In this document: piece after piece, positions 8,990 through 18,802 of the stretch
How positions within the stretch are numbered: the stretch's first letter is position 1
Layout of the letters: the number at the start of each line of letters is the position of its first letter
Source of the DNA: an uncultured Gammaproteobacteria bacterium
GTDB lineage: Bacteria; Patescibacteriota; Patescibacteriia; Magasanikbacterales; UBA922
Reading direction: 5' to 3'
Assembly: GCA_964597575.1 (NCBI GenBank)
Contig: CAZQXB010000001.1
Location: 466,111-530,110 of the forward strand
Length of the DNA: 64,000 nt
Position numbers and translations under genes: made by a program
The notes under the pieces: model-generated
The model's database searches: none
The model's input: only the letters and a program-made list of their open reading frames with translations
Told to the model about the DNA's origin: nothing

Positions 8990-9064
8990 ACAGAAGAGAG
9001 GCGCACGTCGTGCGCCTCATGATGGCAAAAATTCTTTGCGGCAAGTCTCACACAATACTCTGGT

Positions 9065-9112
9065 TGTAAGTTAAAGTGAAAAATAGCTACATTATTATAG
9101 GAAAAATGAAAG
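9065..9112. mobile_element. partial (about 48 bp) copy 4 of the MITE-like element, orientation A 5' end only
   Basis: tgtaagttaaagtgaaaaatagctacattattatagGaaaaatgaaag, then diverges. Confidence 0.65.
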
Positions 9113-9384
9113 TTTTTTCTTGCCAATTTATTTTTTTAATCTTTCCGGGTCCATTCCCTTGTAGCCTTCTACCAGAAAAATAGTTTATTAGGTGCATAAA
9201 TATTATTTTTTTGATCCAAGTTTTTTTTCCTTTTTTGAACCCGGTGTCCTTGTATATCTAGGGTATTTTTCTTGGATTCCTGTCAATAAAGCACTGTGTT
9301 GGCCAAGTAGATTTCGTCTTTGACTGAAGGTCTTTAGGGTGGTATAGTCATTTAGTACCCCTCATACGAGGGCGTTTTCCTGTT

Positions 9385-11994
9385 TTGCCTGTTTTTCTCT
9401 TTATGCAAGATAAAATTATTATTCGTGGTGCGCGTGAGCATAACCTCAAAAACATCTCACTTGAAATGCCGCGCAACAAGATGATTGTTTTTACGGGGCT
9501 TTCTGGTTCAGGAAAGTCGAGTTTAGCGTTCGATACTATTTTTGCCGAAGGCCAACGCCGCTACATTGAAAGTCTGTCTTCCTACGCTCGCCAATTTTTG
9601 GGTGGCATGCAAAAACCCGATGTTGATGAAATTGAAGGGTTGTCTCCGGCTATTTCGATTGATCAGAAGGCGCATAGTTCAAACCCACGTTCAACGGTTG
9701 CAACCATTACGGAAATTTACGATTATCTTCGTGTTCTTTTTGCCCGCGTCGGTCAGCCGTACTGCCCTATGTGTGGTACCAAAATTGAGCGCATGGCTAC
9801 CGATCAAATGGTAGAAAATACCATTCGGAATGCGAAAAAATATGTTGTTTCGAATAAAGCCGAAGAAATTATTCTTTTTTCTCCGGTCGTACGTGGTCGA
9901 AAAGGGGAGTATTATCAAATGCTCTACGACTTATATAATTCAGGGTTTTTAGAAGTGCGCGTGGACGGAAAAATAAAAAGTTTGCGGACGCGTATTGTGT
10001 TATCGAAAAATAATCAGCATACGATTGAAGTGGTTGTCGATAAGCTTCCGGCGACGATGTTTAAAGCGGAAACGCTTAGTGAGGCTGATCGTCAGCGCGT
10101 CGCTGAAGCGATTGAACGTGCGGTGGATTTGTCGAACGGACTTTGTACGGTGAGGTACGGAGAAGGAAATGAAGCAACGTATAGTACCGAGTATAGTTGC
10201 CCGAATGACGGTTTTAGTTTTCCAGAAATTGAACCCCGGTTATTTAGTTTCAATAGTCCATATGGGCAGTGCAGTCGCTGTACTGGTTTAGGTACGGCAG
10301 AATTATTCAGTGAAGAAGTGTGCCCGAAATGTTTAGGCAAGCGCCTCAATGATAACGCTCTCTCGGTTAAGATTTTAGAAAAAAATATCCATGAGGTTAC
10401 GACCATGGATATTGCCGCAGCGAGAGCGTTCATTGTGCTTCTTGAGCAAGAAATGAATGCGCAGGATTTGGAAATTTCAGGGGCGGTTTTTCGCGAAGTG
10501 ACGAGTCGTCTGCAATTCATGCTCGATGTGGGTCTCGATTATTTGAGTTTAGATCGAAAAGCCGGAACGCTCTCGGGTGGTGAAGCCCAGCGTATTCGTT
10601 TAGCATCACAAGTAGGTACCCGCCTAGTTGGGGCACTTTATGTACTCGATGAACCAACGATTGGGCTGCATCAGCGCGATAATGAGCAGCTTGTTACCAC
10701 CCTCCGTAATTTATGTGATGTTGGAAATACGATTATTGTGGTTGAGCATGATGAAGATACGATTCTAACCAGTGATTGGATCGTGGATATTGGTCCGGGT
10801 GCCGGGAAGCATGGGGGAGACGTAGTCTATTCAGGACCTATGAGTAAATTGCTTAGCCCTGGAACCAAAAAGATGGAAACATTTGGATGTGAAGTTATTG
10901 GTGATGAGAAGAAATCGTTGACCGGAAAATATTTACGCGGAGAAGTTGCGATTGAAGTACCAGAAAAGCGCCGAAAAGTAGATGAATCCACTCCGAAATT
11001 AAAAATCAAAGGTGCTCGAGCCCATAACCTCAAAAACATTTCAGTTGAAGTTCCACTTCGACGGTTTGTGTCGCTGACCGGTGTATCTGGTTCTGGAAAA
11101 TCAACGGTGATGCACGATATTATTTATCGGACCGTTGCGAATAAGTTGAATCACGTGAATAAGAAAACAGGGGAATACGATACCATGATCGGTACCGAAT
11201 ACATTGATAAGGTCATTGTTATTGATCAGTCCCCGATTGGCCGTACCCCGCGTTCAAACCCAGCGACGTACACCAAAGCGTATGATACTATTCGTGAAAT
11301 CTTTGCGCTTACGACCGAAGCCCGTGTACGTGGGTATAAACCCGGTCGATTTAGTTTTAATACGCCAGGAGGTCGTTGTGAACACTGTGAAGGTCGAGGG
11401 CTCCTTGAAATCGAGATGCACTTCTTGCCGAGTGTTCAAATTGTGTGCGATGTGTGTAAGGGGAAACGGTTTGATCAGGAAACATTGCAGGTTCACTATA
11501 ATGGAAAGAGCATCTTTGATGTGTTAAACATGACGATTGAAGATGGAAGTGAGTTTTTCGCAGACATTCCAGGTATTTCGGATAAGCTTAAAGTGTTAAA
11601 AGAAGTCGGTTTGGGGTACCTCACACTCGGGCAATCGGCCACTACCCTCTCAGGGGGTGAGGCGCAGCGTATTAAGCTCTCGCGTGAATTGGCGAAACGG
11701 AACACGACAAAAACATTGTATTTGCTCGATGAGCCAACCACGGGTTTGCATTATGATGATGTCAAAAAATTGATTGAGGTTCTCCAGAAACTCGTTTCAC
11801 AAGGAAATACTGTCATGGTGATTGAGCACAATCTCGACCTGATTAAATGTGTGGACTGGATTATTGATATGGGTCCAGAGGGTGGGTCAAAGGGTGGGGA
11901 AGTTGTAACGACCGGAACTCCAGAGCAGGTGTCAAAGACAGGAAAAAGCTCAACCGGGCAGTATTTGCGACGTATGTTGGCAGAGAAAAAGTAA
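9385..11994 (+). CDS. uvrA: excinuclease ABC subunit A
   Basis: 869 aa with two ABC ATPase modules ([18 protein letters not shown]), two LSGGE signatures and zinc-finger CxxC pairs. N-terminus [28 protein letters not shown]. Confidence 0.95.
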   Translation: MPVFLFMQDKIIIRGAREHNLKNISLEMPRNKMIVFTGLSGSGKSSLAFDTIFAEGQRRYIESLSSYARQFLGGMQKPDVDEIEGLSPAISIDQKAHSSNPRSTVATITEIYDYLRVLFARVGQPYCPMCGTKIERMATDQMVENTIRNAKKYVVSNKAEEIILFSPVVRGRKGEYYQMLYDLYNSGFLEVRVDGKIKSLRTRIVLSKNNQHTIEVVVDKLPATMFKAETLSEADRQRVAEAIERAVDLSNGLCTVRYGEGNEATYSTEYSCPNDGFSFPEIEPRLFSFNSPYGQCSRCTGLGTAELFSEEVCPKCLGKRLNDNALSVKILEKNIHEVTTMDIAAARAFIVLLEQEMNAQDLEISGAVFREVTSRLQFMLDVGLDYLSLDRKAGTLSGGEAQRIRLASQVGTRLVGALYVLDEPTIGLHQRDNEQLVTTLRNLCDVGNTIIVVEHDEDTILTSDWIVDIGPGAGKHGGDVVYSGPMSKLLSPGTKKMETFGCEVIGDEKKSLTGKYLRGEVAIEVPEKRRKVDESTPKLKIKGARAHNLKNISVEVPLRRFVSLTGVSGSGKSTVMHDIIYRTVANKLNHVNKKTGEYDTMIGTEYIDKVIVIDQSPIGRTPRSNPATYTKAYDTIREIFALTTEARVRGYKPGRFSFNTPGGRCEHCEGRGLLEIEMHFLPSVQIVCDVCKGKRFDQETLQVHYNGKSIFDVLNMTIEDGSEFFADIPGISDKLKVLKEVGLGYLTLGQSATTLSGGEAQRIKLSRELAKRNTTKTLYLLDEPTTGLHYDDVKKLIEVLQKLVSQGNTVMVIEHNLDLIKCVDWIIDMGPEGGSKGGEVVTTGTPEQVSKTGKSSTGQYLRRMLAEKK

Positions 11995-11995
11995 G

Positions 11996-13321
11996 ATGAG
12001 ATACATGATGACGAATGTTGAACAACGTCTGATCGAACTTCCGGATGTTCCAGGGATCTATTTGTTTTACTCAAAAGAGAAGGAGCTTATTTACGTTGGT
12101 AAAGCCACATCTCTTAAAAGCCGGGTGCGAAGTTATTGGGCAGGGAAGAGAACGAGTCGGCCGATTGAGCAGATGATGCATCAGGTGGAAAATGTGTCTT
12201 GGGTGGAAACAGATTCTGCACTCGAAGCCGCAATTTTAGAATCCGTTCACATCAAAAAGTTTCAGCCAAAATATAATGTTGATGGAAAAGATGATAAGAG
12301 CTGGAATTATGTTTTGATTACGAAGGATACCTATCCGCGCATTGTGACGATGCGAGAACACGAGATTATTCTTCTTCCGGAAAAAGCTCCGAAAACAGAA
12401 AAGAAGTTCCGACCTTCAAAAAAGGTGATCGTTCGCTCCCGTCAGGATATTGCCTATGAATTTGGCCCGTATCCAGGGCTAAATACCAAAGAAGCCTTAA
12501 AAATTTTGCGTCGGATCTTTCATTTCTCGAATTGTACTCCAGGCCAAGGGCGACCCTGCTTATATCGGCAAATGGATCAGTGCTTGGGAGTGTGTACTGG
12601 GGAAATTACAGCCCTTGAGTATCGCACCAAAGTTATTCGACCGCTGGTGATGTTTTTGCGTGGAGAAAAGAAACGCTTGGTCACAAATCTTGAAAAAGCC
12701 ATGACGGCCGCAGCGCGAGTTGAAGATTTCGAAGAAGCGGCCCGACTTCGCGAACAGCTGAAAGCGCTTTATAGAATCCACGATGTGGCTTTGCTTAATA
12801 AAAGTTTTGTATCGGACGATGCGGAACCAGCGCAAGGTGTTGAGCGTATTGAGGGGTATGATATTTCAAATTTGGGCTCAACCGGAATTGTAGGAAGTAT
12901 GGTCGTGTTTACGAATGGCGTACCAGATAAAAGTCAGTACCGGAAGTTTGCGATGCACTCTGTAACCGGGCAAAGCGATGTTGATTCGCTGGAAGAAATG
13001 CTTCGTCGACGATTTCGCCATCCAGAGTGGAAGTTTCCAAGTATTCTTCTTATTGATGGGGGGAGACCTCAGGTAAATAAAGTCGTAGAGGTGATGAAGG
13101 ATCTTGGAATATCAATTCCAATTGTGGGTATTGCTAAAGGGCCAGACCGAAAACGAAATGATTTTACCTTTCCGAACGATATTAGTGAGCCTGGGAACGA
13201 GCATTTGCGTGATTTCGTGCATTATGTGAACGAACATCAAGAGCTCCTCATTCGAGTGCGTGATGAAGCGCATCGGTTTGCGATTAGCTACCAGCGCGTG
13301 AAGCGGGGAATGAGGAAGTAA
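11996..13321 (+). CDS. uvrC: excinuclease ABC subunit C, short form (GIY-YIG, UVR and RNase-H-like domains; no C-terminal HhH)
   Basis: GIY-YIG (GIYLFYSKEKELIYVGKA), UVR motif (FEEAARLREQLKAL) and the endonuclease V-like region. Only 441 aa. Starts 1 nt after the uvrA stop. Confidence 0.85.
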   Translation: MRYMMTNVEQRLIELPDVPGIYLFYSKEKELIYVGKATSLKSRVRSYWAGKRTSRPIEQMMHQVENVSWVETDSALEAAILESVHIKKFQPKYNVDGKDDKSWNYVLITKDTYPRIVTMREHEIILLPEKAPKTEKKFRPSKKVIVRSRQDIAYEFGPYPGLNTKEALKILRRIFHFSNCTPGQGRPCLYRQMDQCLGVCTGEITALEYRTKVIRPLVMFLRGEKKRLVTNLEKAMTAAARVEDFEEAARLREQLKALYRIHDVALLNKSFVSDDAEPAQGVERIEGYDISNLGSTGIVGSMVVFTNGVPDKSQYRKFAMHSVTGQSDVDSLEEMLRRRFRHPEWKFPSILLIDGGRPQVNKVVEVMKDLGISIPIVGIAKGPDRKRNDFTFPNDISEPGNEHLRDFVHYVNEHQELLIRVRDEAHRFAISYQRVKRGMRK

Positions 13322-13335
13322 TTATTAAAATATTT

Positions 13336-13731
13336 ATGCTTGATTCTTCAGGGCTACCAACTGATAATTTATATAAATTTTTGGCTATTGCGGGACTTGT
13401 TATTGCACTTTTGCCGGCGATTTATATTGATAAGGAAAACGACAGGCTGTGGCAAGATACTTATTTAGTCCGTGAACAACAGATTGATTTAAAGTTTTTC
13501 GTAGATAATTCTGTTACAACATCAGCTCAAGTTGAACACGCAAGAATGCTTTTGGAGAAAATTAAACTTAAAAGTGAGTATTTGGGTAAAGAATCTGAAA
13601 GGCTAAAGCAACGTTTTTTTATTGGTGCAATTATTAGTATTGTTGGGGTAGTCATTTCTTCTTTAGGTTTTTGTTTGTGGTATGTTAAAACTCAATCAAT
13701 TCTGGATAGTATTCTAAAAAAGAAATGTTAG
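13336..13731 (+). CDS. hypothetical membrane protein (2 TM)
   Basis: Two hydrophobic helices with a coiled-coil-like middle; 131 aa. Confidence 0.5.
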   Translation: MLDSSGLPTDNLYKFLAIAGLVIALLPAIYIDKENDRLWQDTYLVREQQIDLKFFVDNSVTTSAQVEHARMLLEKIKLKSEYLGKESERLKQRFFIGAIISIVGVVISSLGFCLWYVKTQSILDSILKKKC

Positions 13732-13763
13732 GGATATAAGTAGAAATGATATTTCTTTCATCA

Positions 13764-13789
13764 AAGACGCTCCGTAGAGCGTCTTTTCT
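13764..13789 (+). terminator. rho-independent terminator
   Basis: Hairpin aagacgctc-cgta-gagcgtctt followed by a T-tract. Confidence 0.6.
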
Positions 13790-13908
13790 GTGGATAAACT
13801 CCCTAGAAAAGTCATAAAAACCCTTGCTAATGTATAAAAGTGGTATATAATGGGTATAGGTGGGAGAAAGTGGGAAAAATGCTTGTCTTCCTACAAACAC
13901 ACCTACCT

Positions 13909-14340
13909 ATGTTTATCGGCGAATACCTCCACAGTCTCGACGACAAAGGACGCCTCTCGGTTCCGAAGAAATTCCGGACCGATTTGGCTCTTGGTGCCGT
14001 CGTTACCCGAGGGCTTGATCACTGTCTTTTCCTCTACACAAAAGAGGAGTGGCAGAAGCTCGCCGAAAAGTTGGCGAATCTTCCGTTTGCCCAGGCAAAC
14101 ACGCGTGCGTTTGCGCGCTTGATGCTTGCTGGAGCCATGGATGTGGACGTCGACAAACAAGGGCGCGTCATGTTACCCGAGTATCTTCGATCATTTGCGG
14201 ATCTTTCCAAAAATGTCGTTGTGGCAGGTTTGTACAACCGCCTTGAGCTTTGGGATGAAGCGGCCTGGAATGCCTATAAGGCAAAAACAGAAAGTGAAAC
14301 CGAGGCTATCGCCGAAGAGATGGGTAAACTTGGAGTATAA
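13909..14340 (+). CDS. mraZ: transcriptional regulator MraZ
   Basis: MFIGEYLHSLDDKGRLSVPKKFR matches the MraZ N-terminus. The upstream in-frame extension to 13840 is unlikely. Confidence 0.85.
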   Translation: MFIGEYLHSLDDKGRLSVPKKFRTDLALGAVVTRGLDHCLFLYTKEEWQKLAEKLANLPFAQANTRAFARLMLAGAMDVDVDKQGRVMLPEYLRSFADLSKNVVVAGLYNRLELWDEAAWNAYKAKTESETEAIAEEMGKLGV

Positions 14341-14350
14341 ACGACTGTCT

Positions 14351-15271
14351 ATGCGCCATGTTCCTGTTCTTCTTCATGAGGTCATTGAGGTCCTTCGTCC
14401 AGCTCCTGGACAAACGTTCGTCGATGGCACATTAGGTGACGCTGGCCATGCTGAAGCGATTTTAGATGCAACGGGCCCAAACGGAAAATATATTGGGTTT
14501 GATGCTGATCCTGAAGCGATTTTGCGTGCCAAGCGGTTCTTGGAGCCATTCAAAGAGCGCGTTGTGTATGTACGGGAAAATTTTTCTCGTATGTCCGAGA
14601 TGCTTGCGGCTGAAGGTGTGCAAACGGTGAATGGTGTATTGATCGACCTTGGTTGGTCAACGCCACAGTTTGCAGAACGAGGTCGCGGTTTCAGCTTTTT
14701 GAAGCCCGAGGAACCGCTCGACATGCGGTATTCTGGTGAGGCAGAAAAACAAAAGACATCGGCGAAAGATATGGTGAACTCCTTATCTGAGGAAGATCTC
14801 ATGAATATCTTTCGAGATTATGGCGATGAATCGCTCGCCCGCGAAATTGCTGCGGCGATTGTAGCAAAACGCGCCGAGAAGCCAATAGAAACAGTTGGAG
14901 ATTTGACCGAAGTCATTCTGCAGACGTACAGAAAAAAATTAAAAACAGACAAAGAAATCCCTTGGGTTGGAGGAATGCATCCGGCCACAAAAGTGTTTCA
15001 GGCGCTTCGGATCGCAGTAAATAATGAGTTTGGTGTTATAAAGCAGGTGTTGCCGCAGGCACTGAATGCCTTGGCTCCTGGCGGAAGGTTAGCTGTGATC
15101 ACGTTTCATTCGGGAGAAGACAGAATTGTGAAACATGAGTTCAAACGAGCCGAACAAAACGGGTTTACGCTTATCACCAAAAAACCGATTGTATGCAGTG
15201 AGGAAGAGGGGGAGGCAAATCCACCATCTCGCTCAGCAAAACTTCGGGTTATTGAAAAAACACTGGTATGA
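14351..15271 (+). CDS. rsmH: 16S rRNA (cytosine1402-N4)-methyltransferase RsmH
   Basis: MRHVPVLLHEVIEVL...DGTLGDAGHAEAIL. The long upstream extension (14126) overlaps mraZ and is rejected. Confidence 0.9.
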   Translation: MRHVPVLLHEVIEVLRPAPGQTFVDGTLGDAGHAEAILDATGPNGKYIGFDADPEAILRAKRFLEPFKERVVYVRENFSRMSEMLAAEGVQTVNGVLIDLGWSTPQFAERGRGFSFLKPEEPLDMRYSGEAEKQKTSAKDMVNSLSEEDLMNIFRDYGDESLAREIAAAIVAKRAEKPIETVGDLTEVILQTYRKKLKTDKEIPWVGGMHPATKVFQALRIAVNNEFGVIKQVLPQALNALAPGGRLAVITFHSGEDRIVKHEFKRAEQNGFTLITKKPIVCSEEEGEANPPSRSAKLRVIEKTLV

Positions 15272-15597
15272 ACGTAGGAAAAATCCGCGAACAAAAACAA
15301 CGTATGCGACAGTGGGTCCTTGGTACCTCCTGCCGAGTTATTTTGTTTATTGGGGTCGTTGGTTTAGGTGTTCTCTACGTGGTTCAAACGAGTGTTGTTT
15401 CAACAAAAGGATACGATATTGATAGTCTTCGTCGGGAAGTAACGCAACTCGAAAAAGAAGATCGGCGTATGCAGATTTCTATTGCCGAGTACCGTTCTAT
15501 TCAGCGAGTGGTGGAGCGAGTTGAAGGCCTTGGTATGGTGCCAGCGACTGATGTTGCATATGTGACGCCGACGAATAATACGGTTGCGAAAAGATAG
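15268..15597 (+). CDS. ftsL: FtsL-like cell-division protein (single TM plus coiled coil)
   Basis: Position immediately after rsmH with an ATGA overlap; 109 aa with one TM and a leucine-zipper-like region. Confidence 0.6.
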   Translation: MNVGKIREQKQRMRQWVLGTSCRVILFIGVVGLGVLYVVQTSVVSTKGYDIDSLRREVTQLEKEDRRMQISIAEYRSIQRVVERVEGLGMVPATDVAYVTPTNNTVAKR

Positions 15598-15612
15598 TAT
15601 TCTTTTTATAAA

Positions 15613-15640
15613 AAGACCGGCCTATGGCCGGTTTTGTTTT
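15613..15640 (+). terminator. rho-independent terminator
   Basis: gaccggcc-tat-ggccggt followed by ttttgtttt. Confidence 0.6.
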
Positions 15641-15709
15641 GCAGAGATTTTTTCTTCGTAAAGACTGAAGACAGTATTTATGCTATAGTATACATACTGT
15701 ATTACTAGC

Positions 15710-16069
15710 ATGATCCTCGTTCTCCAACGTATTTTGCTCGAAGCACTTCTTCACGTGCTCATCTTTCCATTTTGGTGGTATACCAAAGGAATGCTATTTG
15801 CGGCGAAGCGATGTTTTGAGATTTTCCGTTACGGAAATGAATTTTTAGTTCCTGCTCTGTGGTGGCGAAATATTTTCGTGCCCATGTTTGGTCAAGTTGA
15901 TTGGCAAGGGCGGCTGGTGAGCTTTGGTATTCGACTTGCGAATGGGGTGGCGAGAACACTCGCACTTTTGGTGTGGCTCTTTTTTGCAACACTTCTTTTT
16001 GTGATCTGGCTCGCGCTTCCACTTGGTGTGGTGGTTCTTTTCGGGCTTACTTTATTTCCGTCCCCGTAA
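15710..16069 (+). CDS. hypothetical membrane protein
   Basis: 119 aa with 3-4 TM helices. Confidence 0.5.
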   Translation: MILVLQRILLEALLHVLIFPFWWYTKGMLFAAKRCFEIFRYGNEFLVPALWWRNIFVPMFGQVDWQGRLVSFGIRLANGVARTLALLVWLFFATLLFVIWLALPLGVVVLFGLTLFPSP

Positions 16070-16072
16070 TGT

Positions 16073-18802
16073 ATGAAATACGCCTCACTCCCAAGTGTTT
16101 CTGTGTTCTCCTGTTCGACCTGCCGAGGGAAAGGCGTTATTGGAGTTCGTACCTGTGGCACATGTCGGGGTATGGCGCGCGGAGTAGCTTTTGGTGATTC
16201 TTGGCTTTATCTCAGAACCGCGCTCACTTCTTACGATATCTTACTTAAACGTGCTCGCTCCACCCTCGACCATGGTGAGGCACTTTTTGCAACACTTCTG
16301 TCGCTCGTGGGAGCTTTTGGCACTATTTATTTTCTCTCTCAAGGTGAGTTGTTTCTAAAAGCGTTGACCATTGATTTTTGGCTTACCGGCTCACCAGCAG
16401 TACGGTTTAGTTTTGGAGTAACCCTACTCGGTTTTATGTACCTCGTGTATGTGCATACGCGAGAAAAAAAACGCACCGTGCCGCCACAGGCGCTTCCTTC
16501 AGAGACGCATCAGGTATCTGACTGGCATGAAATTCATCGCATGCCGCGAAAAAAGAAGATCTCCGTTATTGCTTCTTGCCAAGATGAAACGATCCGAGTC
16601 CTTGAACATGCGTTTGATGTTGCGTATACCCTCCGTTCATCTTCAATTTTGCCTGAGCATCTTTTTTTAGCACTCCTTAAAAGTGCCGATATTCAAAATG
16701 TTTTTTTGCGTCTGGCACTTCCACCGGGTTTGCTTGAAGCTGCGGTAAAGAAAAATATTATAAAAACCGCTCCGCAAAAAGAGGAGCCGACCCTTTCCCC
16801 TGAAGCAGAAAGTATTTTATTCCACGCCTATCACGAAGCAGCCAATTCACATGCTCAAACCGTTCGCCCTACACATGTGCTCCTTACCACTATTCGCATG
16901 TCAGCACATGTACAAGAAGCACTTTATGACGTGGGAATCGATGCTGAAACCGTGGAGCATGTCGTTGCCTGGGTGAAGCTTCGGGAAAATTTACGTGAAG
17001 CCTATGTCACAAGCCGACACGCGGCGATGCATGTGAGTAAGCACGGGCTTGATCGGGCAATGACGGCCGTAGCCACTCCGTACCTCGCGAGTGTGAGTAC
17101 TGACATTACCCTTCTTGCAAAATATGGTCGTCTGCACCCGACCGTTCAACGCGATCGAGAAATTGCTGAAGTATTTCGCTTACTTGAAAGCGGTAAGGGC
17201 GGTGTTGTGCTGGTAGGAGATCACGGGACCGGCAAAATGAGTATTATCCATGGGTTGGCCGAGCGTATTATGACGGATGATTGCCCCAAAGAGCTGAAAG
17301 AAAAACGATTGCTTCTTCTGTCAACAACAGCCCTGCTTTCTGGGGCCACGCTCCCAGAAGCTGAGGCACGGCTAGCGCGTGTCGCTCGCGAAGCAAGTCG
17401 CGCAAAAAATGTTGTGCTTTGTATTAATAATATCCATGATCTCTCTGCTCCGTCTGGAGATGGGGAGGGGCTCGATATTTCTGAGGCTATCAGTGAATGG
17501 GTGAGTAACGGTGCTCTTCGGGTTGTTGCGACGGCAACACCAGACGGGTTCAATCGGCATCTTGTGCGCACCCGCATAGGGTCAGCTATGGGTGTGGTTC
17601 ACATAAAAGAACCTGAACCCCTTCAAGCTATTGAAATGCTTGAGGCTCATGTGGGTTCCATTGAATATCGCACAAAAACATTTATTTCGTATAGCGCGGT
17701 AAAGGCCGCGGTGAGTTCAGCGATAAAATTTCTTCATGATGAACCGTTGCCGCTTTCTGCCCTCACGATTTTAGAAGAAGCCGCAACGCTTGCGAAACAT
17801 ACCCGTGGTGAGCATGTGTTTGTGAGTGGAGAAGATGTCGCATCTGTAGTTGCTGAAAAAACAGGTGTACCTGCAGCTACCGTTTCTTCCCATGAGGCCG
17901 AGCTGCTTCTTCATCTTGAGGAAGAGTTGCACCAAACTGTTATTGGGCAGGAAGAGGCAGTAACGGCCATTTCTGAAGCACTGAGACGGGCTCGAACAGC
18001 CTTAACCAGTGGGAAGCGCCCACTTGCTACGTTTTTATTTCTTGGGCCAACCGGGGTCGGAAAAACCGAACTCGTAAAAACAATTGCCCGGGTGTATTTT
18101 GGCGGGGAAGAACGGATGATCCGGCTTGATATGAGTGAGTTTCAAGATACGAGTGCGGTGTACCGCCTTATTGGAGAACCCGGAAAACCTGGAACTGGAC
18201 TTTTAACGGAAGCCGTGCGGCAACACCCATTTAGTTTAGTTCTTCTTGATGAGTTAGAAAAAGCCGATAAGGGGGTAATGAATTTATTTTTGCAGGTATT
18301 TGATGATGGGCGCTTAACCGATAGTGTGGGGCGGGTGATTGATTTCCGAAATACCATGATCGTGGCAACTTCAAATGCGGGAACAGCATTTGCCCAGGCA
18401 GGTTTTGCAAAAGGGGACACAGCGAGTGTGATTCGCACTGCTTTGGTGCATGGAGAATTAGCTACGGTGTATCGACCCGAGTTTTTAAATCGATTTGATG
18501 GTATTATTTTGTTTCGACCCCTCACTAAAGATGACGTGAGAAGAATTGCCAAACTGATGCTTCGAGATGTAGAGGCATCACTTGATGAGCGAGGGGTAAC
18601 GCTTAAAATTGAAGATGCGGCACTCGACACCTTGGCTGCGCTTGGGTATGATCCGGAATTTGGCGCCCGGCCTATGAGACGGGCAATTCAAGATACGATT
18701 GAAAATGCGATTGCAGAAAAAGTGTTGAAAAATGAGCTTTCTCGACGAGATACCTTAGTGGTCGGAGAAAACCTGCACGTTCAAATAGAAAAAGCCCTAT
18801 AA
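16073..18802 (+). CDS. membrane-anchored ClpA/ClpB-family AAA+ protein with an N-terminal DnaJ-type zinc-finger pair and a degenerate first ATPase domain
   Basis: N-terminus CSTCRGKG...CGTCRGMA (CxxCxGxG twice), then two TM helices and Clp_N repeats. D1 has a degenerate Walker A (GDHGTGKMS) and no DE in the Walker B position. D2 has intact GPTGVGKTE / LLDELEKA and a sensor region. Confidence 0.75.
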   Translation: MKYASLPSVSVFSCSTCRGKGVIGVRTCGTCRGMARGVAFGDSWLYLRTALTSYDILLKRARSTLDHGEALFATLLSLVGAFGTIYFLSQGELFLKALTIDFWLTGSPAVRFSFGVTLLGFMYLVYVHTREKKRTVPPQALPSETHQVSDWHEIHRMPRKKKISVIASCQDETIRVLEHAFDVAYTLRSSSILPEHLFLALLKSADIQNVFLRLALPPGLLEAAVKKNIIKTAPQKEEPTLSPEAESILFHAYHEAANSHAQTVRPTHVLLTTIRMSAHVQEALYDVGIDAETVEHVVAWVKLRENLREAYVTSRHAAMHVSKHGLDRAMTAVATPYLASVSTDITLLAKYGRLHPTVQRDREIAEVFRLLESGKGGVVLVGDHGTGKMSIIHGLAERIMTDDCPKELKEKRLLLLSTTALLSGATLPEAEARLARVAREASRAKNVVLCINNIHDLSAPSGDGEGLDISEAISEWVSNGALRVVATATPDGFNRHLVRTRIGSAMGVVHIKEPEPLQAIEMLEAHVGSIEYRTKTFISYSAVKAAVSSAIKFLHDEPLPLSALTILEEAATLAKHTRGEHVFVSGEDVASVVAEKTGVPAATVSSHEAELLLHLEEELHQTVIGQEEAVTAISEALRRARTALTSGKRPLATFLFLGPTGVGKTELVKTIARVYFGGEERMIRLDMSEFQDTSAVYRLIGEPGKPGTGLLTEAVRQHPFSLVLLDELEKADKGVMNLFLQVFDDGRLTDSVGRVIDFRNTMIVATSNAGTAFAQAGFAKGDTASVIRTALVHGELATVYRPEFLNRFDGIILFRPLTKDDVRRIAKLMLRDVEASLDERGVTLKIEDAALDTLAALGYDPEFGARPMRRAIQDTIENAIAEKVLKNELSRRDTLVVGENLHVQIEKAL

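Noticed and set aside
14126-14350. Upstream extension of rsmH (track ORF 14126..15271) and similar long-start ORFs (13840, 28216, 28691, 31718, 32955, 39996, 41438, 25528, 23635-25881)
   Set aside because: The extensions overlap the preceding gene and lack homology. Internal ATGs preceded by RBS give family-typical N-termini.
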